DNA from: an uncultured Bacteriovoracaceae bacterium
GTDB lineage: Bacteria > Bdellovibrionota > UBA2394
NCBI GenBank assembly: GCA_964598565.1
Contig: CAZRCG010000006.1
Coordinates: 37,624-101,623 of the forward strand
Length of the DNA stretch: 64,000 nucleotides
Direction: 5' to 3'
In this document: positions 36,430-46,405 of the stretch, in pieces
How the letters are laid out: each line of letters opens with the position of its first letter
How positions within the stretch are numbered: the stretch's first letter is position 1
Notes under the pieces: generated by a model
Told to the model about the DNA's origin: nothing
The model's database searches: none
The model's input: only the letters and a program-made list of their open reading frames with translations
Translations under genes and position numbers: made by a program

Positions 36430-38505
36430 GTGAATTCGTCGTTATTGGCATCGATTGTTTTTTTTCTTTCATTCGTATTTTCAACAGATAATCTCAGGGG
36501 TGGAACCCCGCCCAGAACCAAAGTCGCTCGCCAGGGTATCTATGTCGTTAAGCAACTGGTGACTCCCGATTTTGACCTCCTCCCCCTTCATCGAAAACTT
36601 TTTGCTTACTATTTGAGTAAAGCTATCTCGGCTGGTCGAGACATCGCATGGACTCAACATTCAAAGGGTGGTCTCGAAATTAGACGACTCTTAGAGGGTA
36701 TTTACGCTCATTCCGAATATCTTTCTCCAGTTCAAAAAGCTGCGCTTGAGCAATACTTTTTTAAGGTGCTCCGAAGCCATGGAAACTACGATAAGAAAAA
36801 GAATGAGAAGTTCATTCCTGAGGATCTAGATTTTAAGACTTTTCTTAGAATGGCGGAAAGTGCGGAGGCTGCTGCTAAGAAAAAGGGCGTCATTCTGTCG
36901 CTCGTCGACCAAGCCAAGTCGCTTGAGAGAAATATTTTTGATCTGTCTTATAGGAGAGCTTATCAAGCGAATGCCCCCGCGGATTTAATCGCCGACACCA
37001 ATAGCAATTACTATGGCGATGGTGTGACACAAGCCGATCTCGAATCCCTACCTGAGAACTTGAGAGATCACTTCCTTAGTTATCCCTATAAAGAAGGTAA
37101 TGAAGTCAAAGTGGAGCTCCATCGCATAAATGGGCGTTTCGATCGCGAACTTCGGGCGGTGCACTATTATTTTGAACGGGCGAAACAATTTGCTACCGAG
37201 GAGGAAAAGACGATCATTTCGGCTTTTCAAAAGGCTATTGAAACTGGAGATCCCAAAGATGATTTAGCAGCCGAAGAGCTTTGGGTTCAATACCAACCCG
37301 TCGACATCGACTTCGTTATTGGCTTCAAAGAAGTTTATGATGATCGCCTAGGCAAGCGGGGAGCTTGGGAAGGCTTTATTCTTTTGAAAACACAGAACCC
37401 TGAGACACTTCACCGTACAAAACAGATTCGCTCCAATTCAAACTACTTCGAAGAACAGATGCCTGTGAACCCTGCCTACAAAAAGGCTCCTGGTTTTACG
37501 CCACCCCATGCTGAAGGTGCCTATCTTCTCTTTAGTGGCGGTGCCAGCGGAGAAACTCCATTTTCTGGGGTTAACCTTCCCAATGATCCGTCGATTCGAG
37601 AGCGTTTGGGCTCAAAAAGTTTTACCGCCATCAATGTTATGAATCCGATCGGCCCGAAGGACAAAGCAGAGGCTGCGCTAGAAAACAGAACATTCTATCA
37701 TCCCCGATACTGGGAGGCATTGAGTGAGTGGAACGACGTTCTTGCGGGGGATCTTATGGTGGAATTTCACGAAATTTTGGGCCATGGCTCAGGAAAAAAT
37801 ATGGAAGGAATCACCGATTTAAATCTCAAGGACTATTATAGCTCTCTCGAAGAAGCGCGAGCTGAAATTGCCGCTCTTTACCACGTGCTTGACCCTAAAT
37901 TAATCGAGCTTGAGATCCTCCCGAAGATGACGCCTGAGGCCTTTGCAACTTTTACTGAATTGGTTGTGGTCGATTTTTTTACGAGCCATATTGGTAGCTA
38001 TCGACTTCTTGCTGACACCACGGAGCGAATTAATCAAGCCCACCAATGGGGTCGGCAAGTGATACTCAACCATTTGCTGGCAGGTGGATCATTAAAAATC
38101 TCTTACTCAGAATCAGGCACACCTCTCGTTGAAATCACTGACCTCGCTAAGATTCGTAACGACTTAGGCACCTTGTGGCGAGATATTCAAGAAGCAAAAT
38201 CTACCGGCAATTATGAGATGGCCAAGTCGCTTTTTGAGACACTAGGAGTCTATGGTGATTTACATCGACAGTGGAGGGTCGGGATTAATGCTGCCACTGC
38301 AAAATTAAATTTGCCCAAGGAGGGCGCCTTTTTGAATCCACGCTTCGTTGTGAAAGAGAATTCAGACGGCTCCCCACAGGCCGTGCGACTGAGTTATCAT
38401 CGTGGAAAAGGTTTAGGAGTTTTCTTAGACGCCCAACTTAAAATGGCAGAAGAAAATGAACGTCTCTTGAAGTGTAGAGACTCTTTTAAGGCAATGGCAA
38501 GATAG
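36430..38505 (+). CDS. Secreted zinc metallopeptidase, M49 (dipeptidyl-peptidase III) family
   Basis: HEILGHGSGK (M49 HExxGH zinc motif) and downstream EEARAE second zinc-ligand motif; N-terminal signal peptide. Confidence 0.8.
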   Translation: MNSSLLASIVFFLSFVFSTDNLRGGTPPRTKVARQGIYVVKQLVTPDFDLLPLHRKLFAYYLSKAISAGRDIAWTQHSKGGLEIRRLLEGIYAHSEYLSPVQKAALEQYFFKVLRSHGNYDKKKNEKFIPEDLDFKTFLRMAESAEAAAKKKGVILSLVDQAKSLERNIFDLSYRRAYQANAPADLIADTNSNYYGDGVTQADLESLPENLRDHFLSYPYKEGNEVKVELHRINGRFDRELRAVHYYFERAKQFATEEEKTIISAFQKAIETGDPKDDLAAEELWVQYQPVDIDFVIGFKEVYDDRLGKRGAWEGFILLKTQNPETLHRTKQIRSNSNYFEEQMPVNPAYKKAPGFTPPHAEGAYLLFSGGASGETPFSGVNLPNDPSIRERLGSKSFTAINVMNPIGPKDKAEAALENRTFYHPRYWEALSEWNDVLAGDLMVEFHEILGHGSGKNMEGITDLNLKDYYSSLEEARAEIAALYHVLDPKLIELEILPKMTPEAFATFTELVVVDFFTSHIGSYRLLADTTERINQAHQWGRQVILNHLLAGGSLKISYSESGTPLVEITDLAKIRNDLGTLWRDIQEAKSTGNYEMAKSLFETLGVYGDLHRQWRVGINAATAKLNLPKEGAFLNPRFVVKENSDGSPQAVRLSYHRGKGLGVFLDAQLKMAEENERLLKCRDSFKAMAR

Positions 38506-38577
38506 GTCTGCCTGCCTTTCTACATCCGGGTTTGCGTGATAAGTCATAGTGACATTCTGTCTTTCCATCTGGGTGGA

Positions 38578-40476
38578 CTAACGATGAAAGAGATTCGGCA
38601 CCGAAGGCAGCTTTTTCTGAAGGTTTTGAAGTCCCTCACCCACTTTAGACTCAACCGCACGCTGAGAACGGGCTTTCAAGTCGGCTTCGAGTTTTTTCAC
38701 CTCACGCACTTGCGCATCCAAGAGCGACTGCAATTCATTGGCCTTGGCCTGCACATCACTCGAGAATCGGTCTAATTCATCGAGTGATTTCTTTTTATAA
38801 ACGTCTAAGCGGTTCTCAATTTCTCTCTGAAGTCGCGCTTGAAGATCACTCAACTTTTTCTTTAGCTGAGCCTCAATACCTTGTTTTACGAGAGCGTCCA
38901 TATTGCTCTCGACAGAGAATCCAAGATCCTTGTCATTGAGTTTCATGGTGATTGTCAGAAAGAAATCGTTCACCCCTTTAAAGATATCTTGCAAGATCGG
39001 CACTAAAATACCCTTGTTGGGCACCTCTGAAAAATCCCAGCGCACGTTCGCAAACGATACTTTAGTCGCCCATGAAAAATCACTGCCTTCAAAACGAAGA
39101 TCCGAATCGCTTGCCAGCATCCCCTCTCCCAATCGAACTGGAAATAGACGGGGAATCCCGACCGGCCATGCCTCAATCTTGATTCCTTCAACCGAAGTTT
39201 TAAAGCGCTCTCGATCGACTGCCTCCGTATAATTAAGATCAGCAGTGAACGAAGCTCGCTCGAGCAAGGAGTCTTTCAGTTCAGCTTTTAACGCTACGAG
39301 TGTCGGCTTTCCATAAAGCTTCGGATTAGAGTTCACATCTCGCACCTTGAGCTGGTAAAGCTGATTGACCACTTTACGATCGCCATCTTGAAGACCCTTC
39401 ACACTAAACTCAGACTTTGCCCACACAAAGGAGGGCTGTTTTTTTTCTGTTACAAAAATAATATCTCGTCCTTTGGCGCGCTGTTTCACTTCAACCTTCG
39501 GATCGGGTGACGAAGCCGTCATAAATCGCCGTAGTTTGGCATGAAAGCGAAGAACCTCTTCGGCGCGCTGAATCCATACATCCCCAAAAAGAAGTCGCGA
39601 AAGATTAGAGACTTGAAGGTCTTCAAGACCTACCAGCCGCTGGGCCCGCTCGATATCCGCCTTGAGAGCGGCCTCCGCCTTATCATAGTCTGCCTTGACG
39701 CGTGAATAATCGCTGCGAGCCGCTCCCATCAGCTCATCAACCTTTTTCTTTTCATCCTCAAAAAAGGTTTGTAGTTCTCTCGCCGTCTGAAGGGCTGAGA
39801 CAATGGCCTGAGGATCTTGCGGTGGATTAGACGTAAGGGCTTTTACTTCTCGAGCCCGCCGTTGATATTCTGAAATATCCCTAAAAGCCTTATAGCGCTC
39901 TACCCACTCGCCTCTGAGCTTCTGAGAGGTATCCACCATCGCCATAAACACTTTTTCAGATTCGAGATTAAATTCTTTCAGCAACTCACGCGGGCTATCG
40001 GGCAGACTAAAGTTTGTCCATTTAGAAACCGGGGTTTTAGCCATCTCCTTTTTTAGTGAGCCCATCGCCACGTCCAACTGCTCGCTGAACCACGATGGCT
40101 CTTTAGATTTTTTTCGAGGAGGAAGTCGCCCGGAGGTACGACGCTTCGTGCCCCACTGGATACCCTTCAGTGAAAAATCGTCTACAACGACTCGTTTTCT
40201 CAAAAGAGGAAGCGCTTGAAAATCGACGACGATATCTTCGAACTCCAAGAGATTCTTCCATTCATCATTCTTGGAAGCGATCTCGAGTCGATCGATCGTT
40301 AGGCTTGAATTCTTAAACGAAATCGTGAGAGATCGGATATCTGTTTTAGTATCCGTGATGGCGGATATACCATCTTCAATCCAACCTTTCACCCAAGCAT
40401 CGATGCGGTACAAAACCACAAAGGCCACCAAAACCACCAAAAGAAACGCGGGAATGAACACCTTAAATCGAATCAT
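38578..40476 (-). CDS. Hypothetical membrane-anchored protein with AsmA/DUF748-like N-terminal region and long coiled-coil C-terminus
   Basis: N-terminal TM FIPAFLLVVLVAFVVL; helical heptad-rich C-terminal half; start overlaps the stop of the upstream DUF2062-like gene. Confidence 0.5.
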   Translation of the reverse strand: MIRFKVFIPAFLLVVLVAFVVLYRIDAWVKGWIEDGISAITDTKTDIRSLTISFKNSSLTIDRLEIASKNDEWKNLLEFEDIVVDFQALPLLRKRVVVDDFSLKGIQWGTKRRTSGRLPPRKKSKEPSWFSEQLDVAMGSLKKEMAKTPVSKWTNFSLPDSPRELLKEFNLESEKVFMAMVDTSQKLRGEWVERYKAFRDISEYQRRAREVKALTSNPPQDPQAIVSALQTARELQTFFEDEKKKVDELMGAARSDYSRVKADYDKAEAALKADIERAQRLVGLEDLQVSNLSRLLFGDVWIQRAEEVLRFHAKLRRFMTASSPDPKVEVKQRAKGRDIIFVTEKKQPSFVWAKSEFSVKGLQDGDRKVVNQLYQLKVRDVNSNPKLYGKPTLVALKAELKDSLLERASFTADLNYTEAVDRERFKTSVEGIKIEAWPVGIPRLFPVRLGEGMLASDSDLRFEGSDFSWATKVSFANVRWDFSEVPNKGILVPILQDIFKGVNDFFLTITMKLNDKDLGFSVESNMDALVKQGIEAQLKKKLSDLQARLQREIENRLDVYKKKSLDELDRFSSDVQAKANELQSLLDAQVREVKKLEADLKARSQRAVESKVGEGLQNLQKKLPSVPNLFHR

Positions 40477-41018
40477 GAAAAAGCACTCAAACGGTTACGG
40501 AAGTTTTCGTATTTTAAATAGACTCCATACAGCGGAGTTGCCTTGAGCGACTTGACCAAGGCACTCTTTTGAATCTGCTCGCGCCATTTACTTCGATAAA
40601 TTTTTATAAAATGAATGCCCGCGACAAAGAGCGGTACGAAGAGCAAGAGTCCAAAGCCGAGCGATCCCATGACAATGGTATTGTTGAAATTGAAAAAGGG
40701 CCAAATGGCTCCCGTGGTAATGCTAATCCAAAACGGACGCAAAGAAGTAAAATCAACCAGTAGCCAGTAGCCCAATCGATCAAAGATGGGGTCGCCAAAA
40801 AACCCCAGAATACTAAAGAACGCTAAGCTCATAAAAAACATGGAGAAGTTCACTCGGAACAAACAGACAATCATAAAAATAAAGAGATTGTGCAAACTGA
40901 GAAAGGGGCTGAGACCCACCAACATTCCAAACGTCATTCCAGCTGACAATTGCGAAGGGGCTGTTTCAGAGTTCAAAAGTTTAATAAGACTATTCAGAGT
41001 CTTTAGAAGAAAAAACAT
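40473..41018 (-). CDS. Small polytopic membrane protein, DUF2062-like
   Basis: About 4 hydrophobic segments, GMTFGMLVGLSPF ... FFGDPIFDR pattern; translationally coupled to the downstream 632-aa gene. Confidence 0.55.
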   Translation of the reverse strand: MFFLLKTLNSLIKLLNSETAPSQLSAGMTFGMLVGLSPFLSLHNLFIFMIVCLFRVNFSMFFMSLAFFSILGFFGDPIFDRLGYWLLVDFTSLRPFWISITTGAIWPFFNFNNTIVMGSLGFGLLLFVPLFVAGIHFIKIYRSKWREQIQKSALVKSLKATPLYGVYLKYENFRNRLSAFS

Positions 41019-41078
41019 TCTCCACTATTAAACCTGAGACGATATTCTTCGCCAAGAGAAACCCCTGAAAGTTTACCT

Positions 41079-42863
41079 CTATGAACGACTCTGCAGAGCA
41101 AGAACCAAACGGTGAAAGCCTCCTGGTGAATCCAACGCCGTCTTACCCACCGCCTTAAAAGCATTGTCCGCCCGCTCTTTATAAGTCGCCTCATGCGTGA
41201 GCGCCGCCAATTTATACAGAGCTTCGATCGCTACGGCATAGGCCGACGGCAGAGCCCCATCGCGCACCGTCTTATATCGCACCAAAAGATCCGAGACACT
41301 CTCAGCCGTAAACCAGAAGCCACCCTGCGTTTCATCTGAAAAGGTTTTGATTAGACGGTCCACCGTCACACGGGCCCGATCAAGCCAGAGCTGAGACGCC
41401 TCGCCTTTCATTGATTGAGCGAGATCTAAAAATCCCAAAGCTCCGTAGGCCGAATCTTCTAAGAAAGAGAACGCCTGACGCGAATCTGCCAGATGCCAAA
41501 GCCCCCCTTTGTCCGTATTATGAAGAGTCCAAAGTCGGTTGGCAGCCCTTTCTGCCATCGCTCGCCAATCTTCGATGCCAACGACAGTCGAAGCCCTTGC
41601 GAGTGCCGAGATCATAAGCCCGTTCCACGATGCTTGAATTTTTGTGTCGGTCAGTGGTCGAGTCCGCTGCATTCGTGCGCGCTTCAAAGACTCGAGAGCG
41701 CCTAAAAGCGATTCTTCTTCGGCGAGAGAGAGTGCTTCTTTAGTCACCAAAACTCGCCGACCTTCTAAAACGGCCCCCTCGTCATCGAAACGAAATAAGC
41801 GAGCCAGCTCTTGTTGCTGCTCAATACTATGTCCGCCGGCTCCGAGGACCTGCGCCCATTCATCCAGACTCCACGTATAAAAGAGGCCTTCTTCATGGTC
41901 GCTGTCGGCATCGATGGCCGAGAAAAAACCTCCGTCGCTGGCCGTCATCTCACGACGAATCCACTCAACCGTTTTCTTTAGGACTCGTTCCACTCGCGCA
42001 CAGGTTCTGAGCTCCAGGAGTTCGGCTCCCCAGAGCAGCATCAAGGCATTGTCATAGAGCATCTTCTCAAAATGCGGCACCTTCCAAGCGCGATCGGTTG
42101 AGTAACGATGAAATCCCCCTTCAAGTTGATCAAAAATACCGCCCGCCGCCATTTTTAGATAACTGCGATAGCTAAGGTCGAACGACTCTTCATGACCTTT
42201 GAATCGCCGAGATTCACGAATCAATAGTCGAAAGGCATCGACATGAAAAAACTTAGGGGCCGTGCCTAAGCCCCCTTCTTCAGCGTCGATCTGCGCTTTG
42301 ATATTGAGAAGCACTTTATTTTCGAGTTGATCATCTATCTCGTCGACGCGATCAAAGAACTGGGATTCCTGCGCCAATAAATGTGCCACTTGAAGAGCGT
42401 TCTTGGCCACAAGGTCTCGTTGTTCTTGAAACGTGGCCGCTACCCGCAGCAAAACATCTCGAAAAGGTGGGCGCCCATAGCGAGCATCAGGAGCAAAGTA
42501 GGTTCCCCCAAAGAACGGTTTGAGGTCGGGGGTCAAAAATATTGTTAAGGGCCAGCCTCCCTGTCCTGTCATCATTTGCAAGGCGGACATATAGACATGA
42601 TCTAAATCGGGGCGCTCCTCTCGGTCGAGCTTGATCGAAATGAAGTGGTCTTTGAGGATTTTGGCCACCCGCTCGTCGCAAAAGCTTTCACGCTCCATGA
42701 CATGACACCAATGACAGGTCGAATAGCCGATACTTAAGAAAATGGGTTTGTTTTCAGAACGCGCTCTTTCAAGTGGCTCGGGGCCCCAGGCATACCAATC
42801 GACAGGATTGTCTTTGTGCTGCAACAAATAGGGGGAACTTTCGTTGGCAAGACGATTTTGCAT
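41079..42863 (-). CDS. Thioredoxin-domain protein of the YyaL/DUF255 family
   Basis: N-terminal [39 protein letters not shown] (thioredoxin-like with CxxC) followed by six-hairpin glycosidase-like region. Confidence 0.85.
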   Translation of the reverse strand: MQNRLANESSPYLLQHKDNPVDWYAWGPEPLERARSENKPIFLSIGYSTCHWCHVMERESFCDERVAKILKDHFISIKLDREERPDLDHVYMSALQMMTGQGGWPLTIFLTPDLKPFFGGTYFAPDARYGRPPFRDVLLRVAATFQEQRDLVAKNALQVAHLLAQESQFFDRVDEIDDQLENKVLLNIKAQIDAEEGGLGTAPKFFHVDAFRLLIRESRRFKGHEESFDLSYRSYLKMAAGGIFDQLEGGFHRYSTDRAWKVPHFEKMLYDNALMLLWGAELLELRTCARVERVLKKTVEWIRREMTASDGGFFSAIDADSDHEEGLFYTWSLDEWAQVLGAGGHSIEQQQELARLFRFDDEGAVLEGRRVLVTKEALSLAEEESLLGALESLKRARMQRTRPLTDTKIQASWNGLMISALARASTVVGIEDWRAMAERAANRLWTLHNTDKGGLWHLADSRQAFSFLEDSAYGALGFLDLAQSMKGEASQLWLDRARVTVDRLIKTFSDETQGGFWFTAESVSDLLVRYKTVRDGALPSAYAVAIEALYKLAALTHEATYKERADNAFKAVGKTALDSPGGFHRLVLALQSRS

Positions 42864-42980
42864 GGAATCTACCCTAATGGGCCAGCAAGTTGTGGGTCGA
42901 TGCCTAAATCAGCGGAATTTATCTTTCGGGGCTTTTCTTCTTGAAATGCTTGGAAGTTCTTCTTAACGTGAAGGGGCTCC

Positions 42981-44480
42981 ATGGGGTTAATAAGCCTGCT
43001 AAAGCTATTTAAAGGAAAGAAAAAGGAGTCGAAGACCAGAATGAAGAGCGCCCGAGCCTTAAAGCAGAAATCACGTTCACTTAAAAACCCTGCCACCAAG
43101 GCCGCCAAAAAGCCCCCGAAGGCTGTCTCTTCAAAATCATCGTCTAAATCTTCCAAGACCGCCGCCATAAAAAGCACGGTCCCAAAGTCGGTCAAAGAAG
43201 CAGCGTCAAAAGTGGTGTTAACGAGCAAAGCTGGAAAGGCCCTCGCTTCAAAAAGTTTAAAGAAAATGGAAAGTCCCACGATAGAAAGAAAGCCTCTGAC
43301 TGCCAAAAAAGGGGACGCCAAAAAGGTAGACCTTTCTAAAAAAGGAGACGCCAAAAAAATCGACGCAAAGTCGTTGAGCCAGCCTTTTGAGCCATTTATG
43401 GCACAGTGGAAGCCCAAGGCCGAGTCGTTTGACGTCGCGCTCGACCGATTTTTTGATACGGCGGGCATTGAAGCCGCTGACAGTCGCGAAGCCACGCTCG
43501 AGAAACTCCTGTCGGCGATGCGTAAGCAGGAACTACCCGCTCTAGCCGAAGAATTGCTTTTGGAGCGCTATCAGCGTGACCGCGTGCATAAACTATTCTC
43601 TATTCTGTCGATGCGCCCCAAGACGACGGTGCGCCTCAATTTCTTGCGGGCCGATTTGGTAGGATTCTCTGAGAGTCAGGTCGCTAAGGACCTCAAGATC
43701 AAACGTTCGTCGCTTAGTCCTTGGTCTTTTGATGTGGCGAAACCCGAACTACTGTCATCCCATCCATCGTACGGGAAGGGTCTCTATGAGATTCATGAAG
43801 AAAGCTCGCAGCTCATCGCCCTTTTGTCGAACGCGCGTCCGGGTCAACGTATTTTAGCACTCAATGCAGGATCGGGTGAGGCGGCTCTCACTATGGCCAC
43901 CATGATGAAAAATACGGGCTCTCTCTTTGTCTACGAAAGTGACCCAAAAAATATTCGGCGGTTTAAAGAAATGGCCGAGCGCGCTCCTATCGATAACTTC
44001 AGACTATTGTCCGATAACCAGATCGGCGAAGTAAAGAGTCTTGATACCTGTGTCATTCAGGCTCCCTCCACGGGTTTGGGACTCTTAGCCCATCATCCTG
44101 AGTTAAAGTGGAAGCTGAGCAAAGAAGAATCATCTCGTCTTCAAAAACTGCAAGCCGCTCTCTTGAGAGAAGCCGGTCGAAAGTTGAAATTGGGTGGCTA
44201 TATCATTTATGCCAGTCATACCCTGGATAAGAGTGAGAATGAAAACCAGATCGACCATTTTATTCGGGGATCTCATTCGTCGTTTCGTTTAGTATCGATG
44301 TCGACGCACTTAAAGGATTTTGTCATACCCTACATGACCAATCACTTTCAATTTTCATGGGACGATAAAACCTATTTGTCTCTGATTGAGAATGATCCGT
44401 TCTTGCTATTATCTCCGGATGTCCAAGGAACGGCGGGACTCTTTGTGAGCGTACTTCAGCGAATTCGCATCAGTTCGTAA
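42981..44480 (+). CDS. RsmB/NOP2/Sun-fold protein with substituted catalytic cysteines and Lys-rich N-terminal tail (predicted non-canonical or inactive RNA m5C methyltransferase homolog)
   Basis: Clear motif IV and VI homology (CVIQAPSTGLGLLAHHPELKW; LKLGGYIIYASHTL) but PC is PS and TC is SH; motif I is ILALNAGSGEAAL rather than DxCAAPGGKT; first ~120 aa are K/A/S-rich. Confidence 0.7.
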   Translation: MGLISLLKLFKGKKKESKTRMKSARALKQKSRSLKNPATKAAKKPPKAVSSKSSSKSSKTAAIKSTVPKSVKEAASKVVLTSKAGKALASKSLKKMESPTIERKPLTAKKGDAKKVDLSKKGDAKKIDAKSLSQPFEPFMAQWKPKAESFDVALDRFFDTAGIEAADSREATLEKLLSAMRKQELPALAEELLLERYQRDRVHKLFSILSMRPKTTVRLNFLRADLVGFSESQVAKDLKIKRSSLSPWSFDVAKPELLSSHPSYGKGLYEIHEESSQLIALLSNARPGQRILALNAGSGEAALTMATMMKNTGSLFVYESDPKNIRRFKEMAERAPIDNFRLLSDNQIGEVKSLDTCVIQAPSTGLGLLAHHPELKWKLSKEESSRLQKLQAALLREAGRKLKLGGYIIYASHTLDKSENENQIDHFIRGSHSSFRLVSMSTHLKDFVIPYMTNHFQFSWDDKTYLSLIENDPFLLLSPDVQGTAGLFVSVLQRIRISS

Positions 44481-44610
44481 GCGAAGTGTCAGACCACGAG
44501 AATAAGCCCCCGTTAATGGGGCCTTAACCCTCTAAAATAATGAGATTTTTCCTCATTGCCGAAGATTTAGACGATGTTTTATGACGCGCTGCCGATAGAT
44601 CTTAAGATCT

Positions 44611-45672
44611 ATGCGACTCTCTAAGAACAACTACGATAGCTTGGCAGGACTATTATCGGTTCGATCGTCTTCTCAATCGTATGCCGGCATCGCTCGAGGT
44701 TCAGATAGGCGCTCCATTGAAGGTCAAAGAAACCAAGCAAGGATCGAGACGCCGAAAAGCCCTATAGAGCTGCTTCCTTCACACGAAAGTCCCACTCAAA
44801 TTGAGCGCCTGAAGACCCTGGGCTCAGGCTCACTGGTCGATAGCCAGCGCCGTCATGAATTTCGGGGACCAGCCATTTCGTACGAGATAGACACGTCACT
44901 CTATAAAAACTATCTCGACCGGGTTCAGGGGCGGGCGTCGCAAGAAGTCGGGCTTGTTCAACCTGAATTTTTAGGACTCGATAGAGAGCTCGAAGAGGCC
45001 CCTCTTTCGAATACTGATATCTCGCTTACTCAGGATGATCTTCATTTTCTTCGCGGCGCAATCGAATCGGCACTTTCAAGAGCGCTGCGAGATAATCGAG
45101 AATCTACCGAAGACGATATTAATTCGTTTGTAGATGAATCATTTGGATCTGGAACGTCCGAGATACTCGCTGCATCGCGAGTCGATGTGGGCGATGGCCA
45201 CTCGGAAATGCGAATAAGTCAAATCGCCATCGAAGACTTATCTCAAGATGACAAAGAGACCCTTGCCCTGGCGTTCACCAATGCCAAAATGTTTTTCGTT
45301 CAGACCCAAGAACCTCGCCCAATCATCCACAATCTTGAAGTAGCTTCTAAGATGAAGTCGCTAGAGAACCTCTTAGGCCCTGTCTATCACTCCGAGATGA
45401 ATAAGCTAGCCCAGGGCCTTTCAGGATCTGGCGATGGTGGCCCGAGTGAGGCCCTGGCACGGCTGCGCCAAACTATAGAAGACGATACGACTTTAAGCTT
45501 CTCTGTACAGAATCAGGCTCTCGAGCGAATCGATGAACTGTCTGAATTTGCGGAATCTCTGAAGAATACCGTAAGCTCTCCACCCCTATTTGAAGACCTC
45601 GTTATAAGCTTCAAAAGCGGCTCTTATCGACGGGCCTTCACGCCCGATGAGATTCTCTCCGTTTTGGAGTGA
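44611..45672 (+). CDS. Hypothetical protein (acidic, no recognised domain)
   Basis: 353-aa ORF between convergent/divergent neighbours; no motif matches. Confidence 0.4.
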   Translation: MRLSKNNYDSLAGLLSVRSSSQSYAGIARGSDRRSIEGQRNQARIETPKSPIELLPSHESPTQIERLKTLGSGSLVDSQRRHEFRGPAISYEIDTSLYKNYLDRVQGRASQEVGLVQPEFLGLDRELEEAPLSNTDISLTQDDLHFLRGAIESALSRALRDNRESTEDDINSFVDESFGSGTSEILAASRVDVGDGHSEMRISQIAIEDLSQDDKETLALAFTNAKMFFVQTQEPRPIIHNLEVASKMKSLENLLGPVYHSEMNKLAQGLSGSGDGGPSEALARLRQTIEDDTTLSFSVQNQALERIDELSEFAESLKNTVSSPPLFEDLVISFKSGSYRRAFTPDEILSVLE

Positions 45673-45779
45673 GATTTTTGATTGGCAGATAAGGATATAA
45701 ATCGGATCACGGTATCATTTGGCGCACGATTTTCGTTTTCTAATATTCAAGAATTCCGCTTGGGTCTATAAGTTGCTTT

Positions 45780-46367
45780 ATGGCGGTAAACATGATTTCT
45801 CCTCTCACCCAAATCGAAAACTGGATCCAAGAAGCCGAGAAGGCGGGCGAAATCGAAGCTACGGCCGCAGCCCTTGCAACTACAAAAGCCAACCATCAGC
45901 CGAGTGTTCGATTCGTACTGACCAAGGGCTTTCACGAGGGCCGTCTGGCCTTTGTGACAAACTATGAAAGTCCTAAAGCTCACGATTTGAACTCTATTCC
46001 GTACGCCGAACTTTGTTTTTATTGGAAGACACTCTTTAAGCAGGCCCGTATTGCAGGGCGCGTAGAAAGAGCGCCGGCCAACTTCTCAGATACCTACTGG
46101 AGAAGTCGGCCTCGTGAGAGTCAGCTCGGGGCTTGGGCATCCAATCAAAGCGCCCCCATTGAATCGTATGAATCCTTAGAGTCAAAACTCTCTGAGATTT
46201 CTCAAAAATATATAGATCTTGAAGTCCCTCGCCCTCCTCACTGGGGCGCTTACTTTTTGATTCCCGAGCGTGTGGAGCTTTGGTTGGGGCAGAAATTTCG
46301 CATTCACCAACGCTATTTATTTACGCGAGAAGGTGATTATTGGAAGAAAGAGATTCTAGCACCTTAG
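45780..46367 (+). CDS. pdxH: Pyridoxamine 5'-phosphate oxidase
   Basis: Conserved C-terminus HWGAYFLIPERVELWLGQKFRIHQRYLF and FMN-binding fold pattern. Confidence 0.85.
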   Translation: MAVNMISPLTQIENWIQEAEKAGEIEATAAALATTKANHQPSVRFVLTKGFHEGRLAFVTNYESPKAHDLNSIPYAELCFYWKTLFKQARIAGRVERAPANFSDTYWRSRPRESQLGAWASNQSAPIESYESLESKLSEISQKYIDLEVPRPPHWGAYFLIPERVELWLGQKFRIHQRYLFTREGDYWKKEILAP

Positions 46368-46405
46368 ACACTGTCGCCGAAGCTCTAAAGGCCCTATCCC
46401 TTATC

